Positions 49,112 through 57,438 of a DNA stretch of 64,000 nucleotides are shown here, piece after piece (the stretch's first letter is position 1; each line of letters starts with the position of its first letter). The notes under the pieces were generated by a model. That model ran no database searches. It was not told the origin of the DNA and saw nothing but the letters and a program-made list of their open reading frames with translations. Made by a program: the position numbers and the translations under genes. This DNA is from an uncultured Acidobacteriota bacterium (GTDB lineage: Bacteria > Acidobacteriota > Thermoanaerobaculia > Gp7-AA8): positions 416,001-480,000 of the forward strand of contig CAVUKB010000004.1 in the NCBI GenBank assembly GCA_963741955.1. The letters are read 5' to 3'.

Positions 49112-50608
49112 ATGACCGTGACACTGGAATCACCTTTCGTTTTCGATTCGGTCCGGCAGTTTCTCGCCTCTCCCCGGCGCATCCTCATCGGCGGACGGTG
49201 GGTGGAAGCGCAGAGCGGGCGCACCTTCGACGACATCGATCCCGCGACGGGAGAAGTGCTGGCGACGGTATGGGAAGCGGGGAAGGCGGAGGTCGATCTC
49301 GCGGTGACCGCCGCGCGGAGAGCGCTGGAGGGGACCTGGGGTTCTCTTCCTCCGGCCGAGCGCGCGCGGGTTCTTCTGAAGCTCGCGGATCTGATGGAAC
49401 AGAACGCGGACGAGCTCTCCCAGCTCGAGAGCCTCGACACCGGCAAGCCGCTCACCGAGGCGATGCTGGCGGATGTCCCACTCGCCATCGAGCACTTCCG
49501 ATACTTCGCGGGGTGGGCCACGAAGCTCACCGGCGAAGTCCTCCCGGTCTCGGTACCGGGACACTTTCTCGCCTATACCCGGCGTGAGCCGGTGGGAGTC
49601 GTCGGCGCGATCACTCCGTGGAACTTCCCTCTGATGATCACGTCGTGGAAGCTCGCTCCCGCCCTCGCGACCGGGAACACCGTCGTGCTCAAACCGAGCG
49701 AGCTCACGCCGCTCACTGCGCTCCGGCTTGGGGAGCTGATCGCCGAAGCCGATTTCCCTCCCGGTGTGGTGAACATTCTTCCGGGATTCGGGCCTCAGGC
49801 CGGGTCGGCGCTGGTGCAGCATCCGGACGTGAACAAGATCTCGTTCACCGGCTCTCCGCGGGTGGGTCGCGAGATCCTCCGCCATTCCGCGACCGATCTG
49901 AAGCGGGTGACACTGGAGCTCGGAGGAAAATCGCCCAACATCATCCTTCCCGACGCCGATCTGGACGAAGCGGTGGGCGGGGTGATGATGGGTATCTTCT
50001 TCAACCAGGGAGAGGTCTGCTGTGCGGGATCCCGCCTTTTCGTGCCGCGCCGGAGCTTCGATCAGACCCTCTCCGCCGTGGTCGAGAGGGCGCGCTCGAT
50101 CCAGCAGGGCCCGGGCGTCGACCCGGCCACCCAGATGGGAGCACTGATCAGCCGTGCGCACATGGAGCGCGTTCTGTCGTACGTCGATGCGGGGATCGCG
50201 GAAGGCGCCGAGCTCCTCACCGGAGGGAAGCGCAACGAGGCGGCGGGATCGGGATGGTTCGTGGAACCGACGGTTCTCCGCGCCCGCGACGAGATGACGA
50301 TCGCGCGAGAGGAAGTCTTCGGACCGGTGCTCTCCGCGCTCTCGTTCGATGATCTCGACGAAGTCGCGGAGCGTGCGAACGCGTCGACGTACGGACTGGC
50401 GGCCGGGATCTGGACCCGCGATCTCAAGCAGGGGATCCGTCTCGCGGAGAAGCTGAAGGCAGGAACGATCTGGATCAATGGATACAACCTCCTCGATGCG
50501 ACCAGCCCGTGGGGTGGATTCAAGCAGAGCGGCATCGGACGCGAGATGGGGCGCCACGCGCTCGATGCCTACACCGAAGTCAAGAGCATCTGGGTCAATC
50601 TGACCTGA
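49112..50608 (+). CDS. aldehyde dehydrogenase
   Basis: PWNFP, FTGS, LELGGKSP, NQGEVCCAG and EEVFGPV motifs. Confidence 0.95.
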   Translation: MTVTLESPFVFDSVRQFLASPRRILIGGRWVEAQSGRTFDDIDPATGEVLATVWEAGKAEVDLAVTAARRALEGTWGSLPPAERARVLLKLADLMEQNADELSQLESLDTGKPLTEAMLADVPLAIEHFRYFAGWATKLTGEVLPVSVPGHFLAYTRREPVGVVGAITPWNFPLMITSWKLAPALATGNTVVLKPSELTPLTALRLGELIAEADFPPGVVNILPGFGPQAGSALVQHPDVNKISFTGSPRVGREILRHSATDLKRVTLELGGKSPNIILPDADLDEAVGGVMMGIFFNQGEVCCAGSRLFVPRRSFDQTLSAVVERARSIQQGPGVDPATQMGALISRAHMERVLSYVDAGIAEGAELLTGGKRNEAAGSGWFVEPTVLRARDEMTIAREEVFGPVLSALSFDDLDEVAERANASTYGLAAGIWTRDLKQGIRLAEKLKAGTIWINGYNLLDATSPWGGFKQSGIGREMGRHALDAYTEVKSIWVNLT

Positions 50609-50701
50609 GAGACGGGGTCATGTCTACAGTCTGTCCTTCGTGGAGAGCCGTGACTGCACGAGCGGTCGCCGCGGGGCGCCGACCCTTCATGGAGCTTTGG
50701 A

Positions 50702-50888
50702 CTGGCCCACATTTCTCACACCATCTCTGCTGCGGAGCCGGATAGCGGCCTGTCTGCTGCGTTGAGCCCCGCTTCGGCTCCTCAACACATAGTCACCACT
50801 ATGCCTTCGTCGCCGAAGCGGGGCGCGCCTTGCATCCAGGCCACTCTCCGCCTCCTCGCGACGGGATGGTGTGAGAAATGAGGGCTGG
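50702..50888. mobile_element. putative MITE, ~187 bp, 24-bp terminal inverted repeats
   Basis: CTGGCCCACATTTCTCACACCATC ... GATGGTGTGAGAAATGAGGGCTGG (21/24 match, inner 16 bp perfect). Internal palindrome CCCCGCTTCGGC..GCCGAAGCGGGG. No credible gene inside. Confidence 0.65.
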
Positions 50889-50959
50889 GAGTCTGCGCGT
50901 TCCGGGCCGGTCGGGAAGAGGAAGCGCTGTGAGAGGGTTGGCTACCCCGTACCTGAGGG

Positions 50960-51511
50960 GTGAGGTGCCGGACGAGCGAGACAGTCCCGAAGTACGTCAC
51001 CCGGGAGGATTTCTTGGAAGATCAGGCGTTCACACTGGTGGAGGATCACATCCCTCTCGCTGGCCTCGAGGAGACCGCGCGCGAGCTGGTGGGAATCTTC
51101 GGTGGAACGATGAAGTCCGTCGGCGACGACGAGATGCGATTCATCCTTCCCGAACGACGAGGCGTCGCGGCCAGCGGCGGAGTCGAATTCCATCTGAGAT
51201 GGGAAGAAGGGGGAAGCGAAGGGGGAACCGTCACCCTCACCGGTGAGCGCGAGGTCGCTGCGCCGAAGCTGCAGAGCATCGCGGTGCTGCTGGTGGGAGT
51301 GGTCGGCGCGCTCTTCTTCCTCGTCTGGCCGTTCTTCCCGAACCTCGGCGCGGTATCGTGGGTCGGCGGCATCCTCGCGCTCGGCGCGTACTTCATCACC
51401 CTGCGGCACAGCAAAGCGGGTGTGGCCGCGGATCTCCTCTCCCGGCTGGCGGATACGCAGCGCGTCGGGAGGAATGAAGAGGAGACGCCGGAGAGCGAGC
51501 CGCCGGCATAG
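50960..51511 (+). CDS. hypothetical membrane protein (two C-terminal TM helices)
   Basis: Protein-like composition and two hydrophobic segments. Start uncertain. Confidence 0.65.
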   Translation: MRCRTSETVPKYVTREDFLEDQAFTLVEDHIPLAGLEETARELVGIFGGTMKSVGDDEMRFILPERRGVAASGGVEFHLRWEEGGSEGGTVTLTGEREVAAPKLQSIAVLLVGVVGALFFLVWPFFPNLGAVSWVGGILALGAYFITLRHSKAGVAADLLSRLADTQRVGRNEEETPESEPPA

Positions 51512-51579
51512 CGCGCAGACCCCGGGGTGCGGACCCCGCCCGGCGGGATCCGCTTCGAGATCGTGTTCTGTGCGACGGA

Positions 51580-52758
51580 TCAGAGCTTTTCGGTGAGGAT
51601 CGTCTTCGCGATCGTGGCGAGCTGCATGTTCGACGTTCCTTCGTAGATCTTTCCGATCTTCGAATCGCGCCAGAACTTCTCCACCGGATACTCCTTCGTG
51701 TAGCCGTTCCCGCCGAAGATCTCCACGACCAGCGATGTCACGTGCTCGCAGACCTGTGACGAGAAGAGCTTGGCCATCGCCGCCTCCCGGACGAACGGCT
51801 GACCTGCATCCTTGAGCCGCGCGGCGTTGTAGACCATCAGACGGGCCGCTTCGAGATCCGTCGCGGCCTGGGCGATCTGGAACTGGATGCCCTGGAAATC
51901 GGCGATCGGTTTTCCGAACTGGCGTCGTTCCTTCGAGAACGCGACCGCGTGCTCGAGCGCACCGCGCGCGATGCCGATCATCTGCGCCCCGATGCCGATC
52001 CGTCCTTCGTTCAGCGTCTCGATGGCGATCTTGTAGCCGCGACCGACTTCGCCGAGGACGTTCTCCTTCGGGACGTGGCACTCTTCGAGAATCAGCTCGC
52101 AGGTGGAAGAGGCGCGGATGCCGGTCTTGTCTTCCTTCTTACCGACAGTGAAGCCGGGGAAGTCACGTTCGATGAGGAACGCGGTGATTCCCTTGTATCC
52201 GGCGTCGGGATTCGCGTTGGCGAAGACGATGAAGAGCTGAGCCTCGCCGGCGTTGGTGATCCAGAGCTTCTGGCCGTTGAGAACCCAGTGGTCACCCTTG
52301 TCCGCTGCCTTGCAGGAGAGGGCGAACGCGTCGGAGCCCGAACCGGCCTCGGAGAGTGCGTATGCGCCGACCCACTCGCTGGCGAGCTTCGAGAGGTACT
52401 TCGCCTTCTGATCTTCCGAGCCCCAACGGATCACGGCATTGTTGACCAGAGTGTTCTGCACGTCGACCAGAACGCCGCAGGAGGCGTCGACGTGCGAGAG
52501 CTCCTCGACGACCAGGACCGCGTTGAAGAAGCTCGATCCGGCGCCGCCGAACTGTTCCGGTGTTTCGATCCCCATGATTCCGAGCTCGAAGAAGCTGCGA
52601 ACCAGATCGGGATCCATCTTCGCATCGTGATCCATCTTGTGGACCAGCGGGCGGATTTTCTCGACGGCGAAATCGCGCACGCTTTCCTGGAACATCTGCT
52701 CTTCCTCTGAGAGGGAGGTCAGGGGAAGGTGGGTTGTTTCGAGAGTTTCGACAGACAT
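51580..52758 (-). CDS. acyl-CoA dehydrogenase (short/branched-chain type)
   Basis: YALSEAGSGSDA, LNGQKLWITN, GRIGIGAQ, RRQFGK and KIYEGTSNMQ motifs. Confidence 0.93.
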   Translation of the reverse strand: MSVETLETTHLPLTSLSEEEQMFQESVRDFAVEKIRPLVHKMDHDAKMDPDLVRSFFELGIMGIETPEQFGGAGSSFFNAVLVVEELSHVDASCGVLVDVQNTLVNNAVIRWGSEDQKAKYLSKLASEWVGAYALSEAGSGSDAFALSCKAADKGDHWVLNGQKLWITNAGEAQLFIVFANANPDAGYKGITAFLIERDFPGFTVGKKEDKTGIRASSTCELILEECHVPKENVLGEVGRGYKIAIETLNEGRIGIGAQMIGIARGALEHAVAFSKERRQFGKPIADFQGIQFQIAQAATDLEAARLMVYNAARLKDAGQPFVREAAMAKLFSSQVCEHVTSLVVEIFGGNGYTKEYPVEKFWRDSKIGKIYEGTSNMQLATIAKTILTEKL

Positions 52759-52901
52759 GAGGGGAACCTCCGCGGCGGCCGCGGAGGCGGCCATCCAGTG
52801 ATTTGGAGTGTGATTCTTTCCTGTTTGAAAGAGCGAGTCAACGTCGAGCTCGCAACGGACGGAACCGAGTGATGTCGGTACTTCGGGGACAGCATTGCCG
52901 G

Positions 52902-52990
52902 TGGTGCCCCGGGCCGGAATCGAACCGGCACGCCGCTCACGCGACTCGGGATTTTAAGTCCCGTGCGTCTACCAGTTCCGCCACCGGGGC
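52902..52990 (-). tRNA. tRNA-Leu (anticodon TAA)
   Basis: GCCCCGGTGGCGGAACTGGTAGACGCACGGGACTTAAAATCCCG..long variable arm..GGTTCGATTCCGGCCCGGGGCACCA; encoded CCA. Confidence 0.97.
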
Positions 52991-53105
52991 CTTTACTGAA
53001 TCGTGGAGCCTCGAGCGGCGCCGGAATCGTTTCAGTTCGGCAGGACGATGATATCCCAATCCGGACCGGCGCCGGGAGCGCATTCCGAGGAAGGATGGGG
53101 AGGGG

Positions 53106-53137
53106 AAAAATGAAAAGGGCGCCGAAGAACGGCGCCC
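53106..53137 (-). terminator. intrinsic terminator
   Basis: GGGCGCCG-TTCTT-CGGCGCCC followed by TTTTCATTTTT on the minus strand. Confidence 0.8.
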
Positions 53138-53462
53138 ATGGGGTGGGGTTACGAGCTACTTACCCCCGAACTATTAGAATCTTCCATCGAACCTAGTACC
53201 TCCTCCCCACTGAATTTCCGGCGGACCCACGTCAGCGAGACATGCCCGGTGGACGTGCCTCCCACCCCGCCTGCAGCGTGGACCGGATCGACCGCTCCTA
53301 CGCACCCTGTGGTGGAAGGGAGGAGCGGGAACTCGAATTCGTATCAAAGAGCGACGCGCTGCGACACCGGCGGCCACATTGCTGAGAACGCATCCGGCAT
53401 CAGTTCATTCCAACCAATTTCGGGAAGGGGCGTTCGGGAAGTTTTTTTGTACATCGGATTGC
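53106..53462 (-). ncRNA. candidate small RNA or small-peptide transcript
   Basis: Bounded by extended -10 TGCTATAAT (53469-53477) and an intrinsic terminator. No credible long ORF. Family not recognised. Confidence 0.4.
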
Positions 53463-53557
53463 GAAGACATTATAGCAACAATTTTTCGCAGCAGTATCAG
53501 AAAAATTCGCGACTGCAAAACTGCTCCGGTCCGGTCCGAATGCATCCGTCATACCAG

Positions 53558-53592
53558 AAAAAAGCCGCGGCTCATCGAGGAGCCGCGGCTTT
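53558..53592 (-). terminator. intrinsic terminator after rpoD
   Basis: AAAGCCGCGGCTC/GAGCCGCGGCTTT stem with a U-tract on the minus strand. Confidence 0.85.
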
Positions 53593-53617
53593 CGATTCTG
53601 TCATTCAGTGACGCCGA

Positions 53618-55390
53618 TCAGAACGTGGCGTCGAGAAAGGGCCGGAGCTTCTTCGACCGCGACGGATGACGGAGCTTGCGGAGCGCCTTCGACTCGATCT
53701 GCCGGATCCGCTCACGGGTGACGTTGAACGAGCGGCCGACTTCCTCCAGGGTGTGCTCGGAGCCGTCGCCGACGCCGAAGCGCATCTTCAGGACCTGCTC
53801 CTCGCGCGGAGTGAGGGTCCGAAGCACCTTGTTCGTCTGCTCCTTGAGGTTCGACACGATCACGTGATCGATCGGTGAGACCGCGCTGCGGTCTTCGATG
53901 AAATCGCCGAGATGCGAATCTTCCTCTTCGCCGATCGGCGTCTCGAGGGAGATCGGCTCCTGGGCGATCTTCATGATCTTCCGCACCTTGCTGACCACCA
54001 TGTCCATCCGCTCCGCGATCTCCTCGGCGTTCGGCTCGCGGCCGAGCTCCTGAACCAGAGCGCGCGAAGTGCGGGTCAGTTTGTTGATCGTCTCGATCAT
54101 GTGTACCGGAATCCGGATGGTGCGCGCCTGGTCGGCGATCGCGCGGGTGATCGCCTGACGGATCCACCACGTCGCGTACGTCGAGAACTTGTAGCCGCGG
54201 CGGTACTCGAACTTCTCGACCGCTTTCATCAGCCCGATGTTCCCTTCCTGAATCAGGTCGAGAAACTGCAGGCCGCGATTGGTGTACTTCTTGGCGATGG
54301 AGACGACCAGGCGGAGGTTCGCGACGATCAGCTCCTGCTTGGCCTGTTCCGCGTCGTCCTCACCCTGGCGGATCTCCCGGATGGTCTTCTTGATGTCTTC
54401 GTGGGACGAGCCGTACCGCTCCTCGAGCTCGACCAGTCGGTCCTGGTACTTGTGAATGCGGCGCTTGTAGAAGTCGCGACGGGTCTTGTCCTTCTCCCGC
54501 TTGAGCTGCTGGTCGTCGTTGCGGACCATCGCCACGGTCTGGGAGAGCTCGGAGTCGATCTCGCGGAGCTTGTTGATCATCCGATTGCGGGTCTGAGGAG
54601 TGAAGTCGACCCGGCGCATCAGATTCGCGAGATCTTCCTTCCATCGCTCGATGTTGCGCTCGACGGTGGCCGGCTTCTTCGCGTCGGCCAGCTTCGCCTT
54701 GCCGTCCTTGATCTTCCGGTCGAGTTTCGCAATCTGATCGAAGATCTTGGTGATCTCGGCGATCTTGTCGGCGCCGGTCGCATCGCCGTCCATCTCGTCG
54801 TCGTTCGCGGCGAGATTGATCATCTCCTTGAACACCCGCGAATCCTTCCGGGCGCTCTCGTTGATCTTCAGGATCTCTTCGAGAATGATGCGATTCTGCG
54901 AGAGCGCCTTGTAGACGCGGCGCTCGCCGGCTTCGATCCGTTTCGCGATCTCGACCTCTCCCTCGCGATCGAGAAGCTTGACCGTACCCATCTCTCGCAG
55001 GTACATGCGGACCGGGTCGTTGGTCTTGTCGACGATCCCTGCAGCCGCTGCAGCGATCTCGGCCTGGATCTCCTCACGCTGGTCGACTTCCTTCTCTTCG
55101 CCGGAGTCGTCCATCGCCCCTCCCTTCTGGGAAGGGAGCTTCTCCGCGTCTTCGACCACTTCGATGCCGAGGTCGTTGAATCGGATGTAGATCTCGTCGA
55201 GCTCTTCCGGGATACTGGTGACTTCCTCGGGAAGGGTGTCGTAGATCTCGTCGTAGAGGAGGTATCCTTTTTCTTTGCCGATCGAAATGAGCTGTTTGAC
55301 CTCAGCGTACTTCTCTTCCACGCTCACATCGCCGACGCCCTGATCGATTGAATCTTCCAGTTCGAAGTCCGCTGAACCAAGACGTGACAT
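53618..55390 (-). CDS. rpoD: primary sigma factor RpoD
   Basis: [38 protein letters not shown] and TRERIRQIE motifs; GGAAGGAG RBS before ATG 55390. Confidence 0.97.
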   Translation of the reverse strand: MSRLGSADFELEDSIDQGVGDVSVEEKYAEVKQLISIGKEKGYLLYDEIYDTLPEEVTSIPEELDEIYIRFNDLGIEVVEDAEKLPSQKGGAMDDSGEEKEVDQREEIQAEIAAAAAGIVDKTNDPVRMYLREMGTVKLLDREGEVEIAKRIEAGERRVYKALSQNRIILEEILKINESARKDSRVFKEMINLAANDDEMDGDATGADKIAEITKIFDQIAKLDRKIKDGKAKLADAKKPATVERNIERWKEDLANLMRRVDFTPQTRNRMINKLREIDSELSQTVAMVRNDDQQLKREKDKTRRDFYKRRIHKYQDRLVELEERYGSSHEDIKKTIREIRQGEDDAEQAKQELIVANLRLVVSIAKKYTNRGLQFLDLIQEGNIGLMKAVEKFEYRRGYKFSTYATWWIRQAITRAIADQARTIRIPVHMIETINKLTRTSRALVQELGREPNAEEIAERMDMVVSKVRKIMKIAQEPISLETPIGEEEDSHLGDFIEDRSAVSPIDHVIVSNLKEQTNKVLRTLTPREEQVLKMRFGVGDGSEHTLEEVGRSFNVTRERIRQIESKALRKLRHPSRSKKLRPFLDATF

Positions 55391-55534
55391 ACGTTCCGTA
55401 GCTCCTTCCTCTGGTCGCGCTGAGGCTGTTCTGCCTCGATGGGGCCGCATCCCGGGTGCCGGGCCGCGCGGGCGCGCAGACGCATATTGCGGCCTTTGGG
55501 CGAGGACACCTTCGTAATCGCTGGAGGACAATAA

Positions 55535-57277
55535 TTATTTCAGTTTGTGCAGCTTTCGCGAGAGCTCACTCTTCTCGCCGAGCAGGCGGATCTCCTTCTC
55601 TCCATCACCTTCCCTCTGGGCCTCTTGCAGTGCGCTCTGGATTTCCCGGAGCTGCCGGTTGATGAACCGTCGCTCCAGGTGTTGGATGGTCGTCTCGAGA
55701 GAATCGAAACCACGCTCTTCGCTTTCTTCCCCTAGTGCAATCTCGGAAAGTCGCGTCAGAACAGCCTCGCCCCTAAGATGGGTCGCGATTTTCGAGAAAT
55801 CAAGAGGCTCCGTAGCTGGAAGTGAGTCTTTGATGGTAAGATAGATCGTTTTGCAGGCATCGTCCTCGAAATATTCTTCCCGCAATCTTTCAACCGTTTC
55901 CGCCGGCATCCCATTTCCGAGAACCGCCGCGAGGACTCTTCGCTCGCCATCCGCGACCGGCGCCATCGCGACCTTTTCCCGTGTCGAGCCCTGCCCCCCC
56001 CGCCCTCGAAGCATTGACCAGACCGTCTCGAATTCCAGCCGGAGTCCGTCCGCGATCCGCTGCGCGGCGTCATTTCGCGACACGCCGGTCACCGCCGAGA
56101 GGAGAGGGACGAACGATTCGAGCTTCTCCTGCTTTTCGCGCGATCCCATCGCCGAGGGATTCGGCGCGAACTCCCGGAGCGCGAACTCGAAGACGTCATC
56201 GGCGTTTCCGAGCGCCTCCATGAACGCTTCCAGTCCGTGCTCGCGCAGGTAGCTGTCCGGATCGGAACCGCGCTCCAGCGCGAGCACTTCCACCGCCACC
56301 CCCGCGGAGAGAAGGATCGGTGCGGCGCGGAGTGCGGCCTTGCGTCCGGCATCGTCTCCGTCGTAGGAGATCACCACCCGGCGACAGAGCCGGCCGAGGA
56401 TGCTCGCCTGCGCCGGAGTGAGGGCGGTACCCATCGAAGCGACGACGCCGTTCACTCCTGCTGCGTCGAGAGTGATGCAGTCGAAGTACCCTTCGACCAG
56501 AATCGCGCGATCCATCCGGCGGATCTGATCCTTCGCCCGGTGAAGATTGAACAGTAGCTGCGACTTGTTGAACAGCTGCGATTCCGGCGAGTTGAGATAC
56601 TTCGGATCACTTCCGTCCAGCGACCGTCCGCCGAAGCCGAGGACCGTTCCTGATTCCGAGTGGATCGGAACGATCAGCCGGTTCCGGAAGCGGTCGTAGT
56701 GCCCCGATCCGCTCTTGCGCGGGAGAATCAGCCCGGCCGCTTCGAGCCGCTCGGCGTTGTGCTTCCGTCCGAGCCGCCGCAGGAGATAGTCCCACGCGTC
56801 GGGGGCGTAACCGAACCCGTACTTCTTCCACACTTCCCGCGCGACTCCGCGCGTGGCGAGATATTGAATGGCGGGATTCGGTTCCCACTCCAGCGCCTGG
56901 TGGAACGCTTCTGCAGCTTCCTCGACGATCGATCCGAGCTCGTCGCGCTCCCGGTTCTCCTTCTCCCGCACCCGGCGTTTGGGAAGTTCGATTCCCACCC
57001 GCTCCGCGATGGACGCAACGGCCTCCGGAAACGTCATCCGTTCGGTCAGCATGAGGAACTTGAAAACGTCACCTCCGGCCTGGCAGCCGAAGCAGTAGAA
57101 GAGCCCTTTTTCGCGATCGACCGTGAAGGATGGAGTCTTCTCGCGATGGAACGGACAGAGCCCCTTGTGCCGGCGTCCCGCCGACTTGAGCGGCGTGACC
57201 TGACCGACGATCTCCACCAGGTCGGCCGACTGCCGCACCTGAGAGATGATCGCGTCGTTGAGATCTACGAAAGACAT
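55535..57277 (-). CDS. dnaG: DNA primase
   Basis: CPFHREKTPSF..CFGC, DRFRNR, PKYLNSPE, VEGYFD and YDGDDAG motifs. Confidence 0.97.
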   Translation of the reverse strand: MSFVDLNDAIISQVRQSADLVEIVGQVTPLKSAGRRHKGLCPFHREKTPSFTVDREKGLFYCFGCQAGGDVFKFLMLTERMTFPEAVASIAERVGIELPKRRVREKENRERDELGSIVEEAAEAFHQALEWEPNPAIQYLATRGVAREVWKKYGFGYAPDAWDYLLRRLGRKHNAERLEAAGLILPRKSGSGHYDRFRNRLIVPIHSESGTVLGFGGRSLDGSDPKYLNSPESQLFNKSQLLFNLHRAKDQIRRMDRAILVEGYFDCITLDAAGVNGVVASMGTALTPAQASILGRLCRRVVISYDGDDAGRKAALRAAPILLSAGVAVEVLALERGSDPDSYLREHGLEAFMEALGNADDVFEFALREFAPNPSAMGSREKQEKLESFVPLLSAVTGVSRNDAAQRIADGLRLEFETVWSMLRGRGGQGSTREKVAMAPVADGERRVLAAVLGNGMPAETVERLREEYFEDDACKTIYLTIKDSLPATEPLDFSKIATHLRGEAVLTRLSEIALGEESEERGFDSLETTIQHLERRFINRQLREIQSALQEAQREGDGEKEIRLLGEKSELSRKLHKLK

Positions 57278-57283
57278 GAGAGT

Positions 57284-57348
57284 GATCGCGGATCGCGGAT
57301 CGAGGATCTGCGATCTGTCGTCGGCTGTCGCTTATCTGTCATCGGTCG
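57284..57348. repeat. degenerate heptamer tandem repeat
   Basis: GATCGCG GATCGCG GATCGAG GATCTGC GATCTGT.. with 7-nt period, immediately upstream of dnaG. Confidence 0.6.
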
Positions 57349-57438
57349 TGGCCGAGTGGATTTCCAATAATCTTAATGTCGGATCCGGCGTCTGTCTCAC
57401 GGAGGCGACCGCGAATCGCGATGCTCCGGCCCGCGATC

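Noticed and set aside
52902-52990. tRNA-Leu as an island integration site
   Set aside because: No duplicated tRNA 3' end or integrase was seen; flanking genes are housekeeping.
53138-53611. 157-aa plus-strand ORF, or tmRNA/RNase P identity for this spacer
   Set aside because: The ORF has no RBS and atypical codon use, and it runs through a terminator. The CCACCA-containing segment lacks a proper T-arm and acceptor stem, and RNase P conserved motifs are absent.
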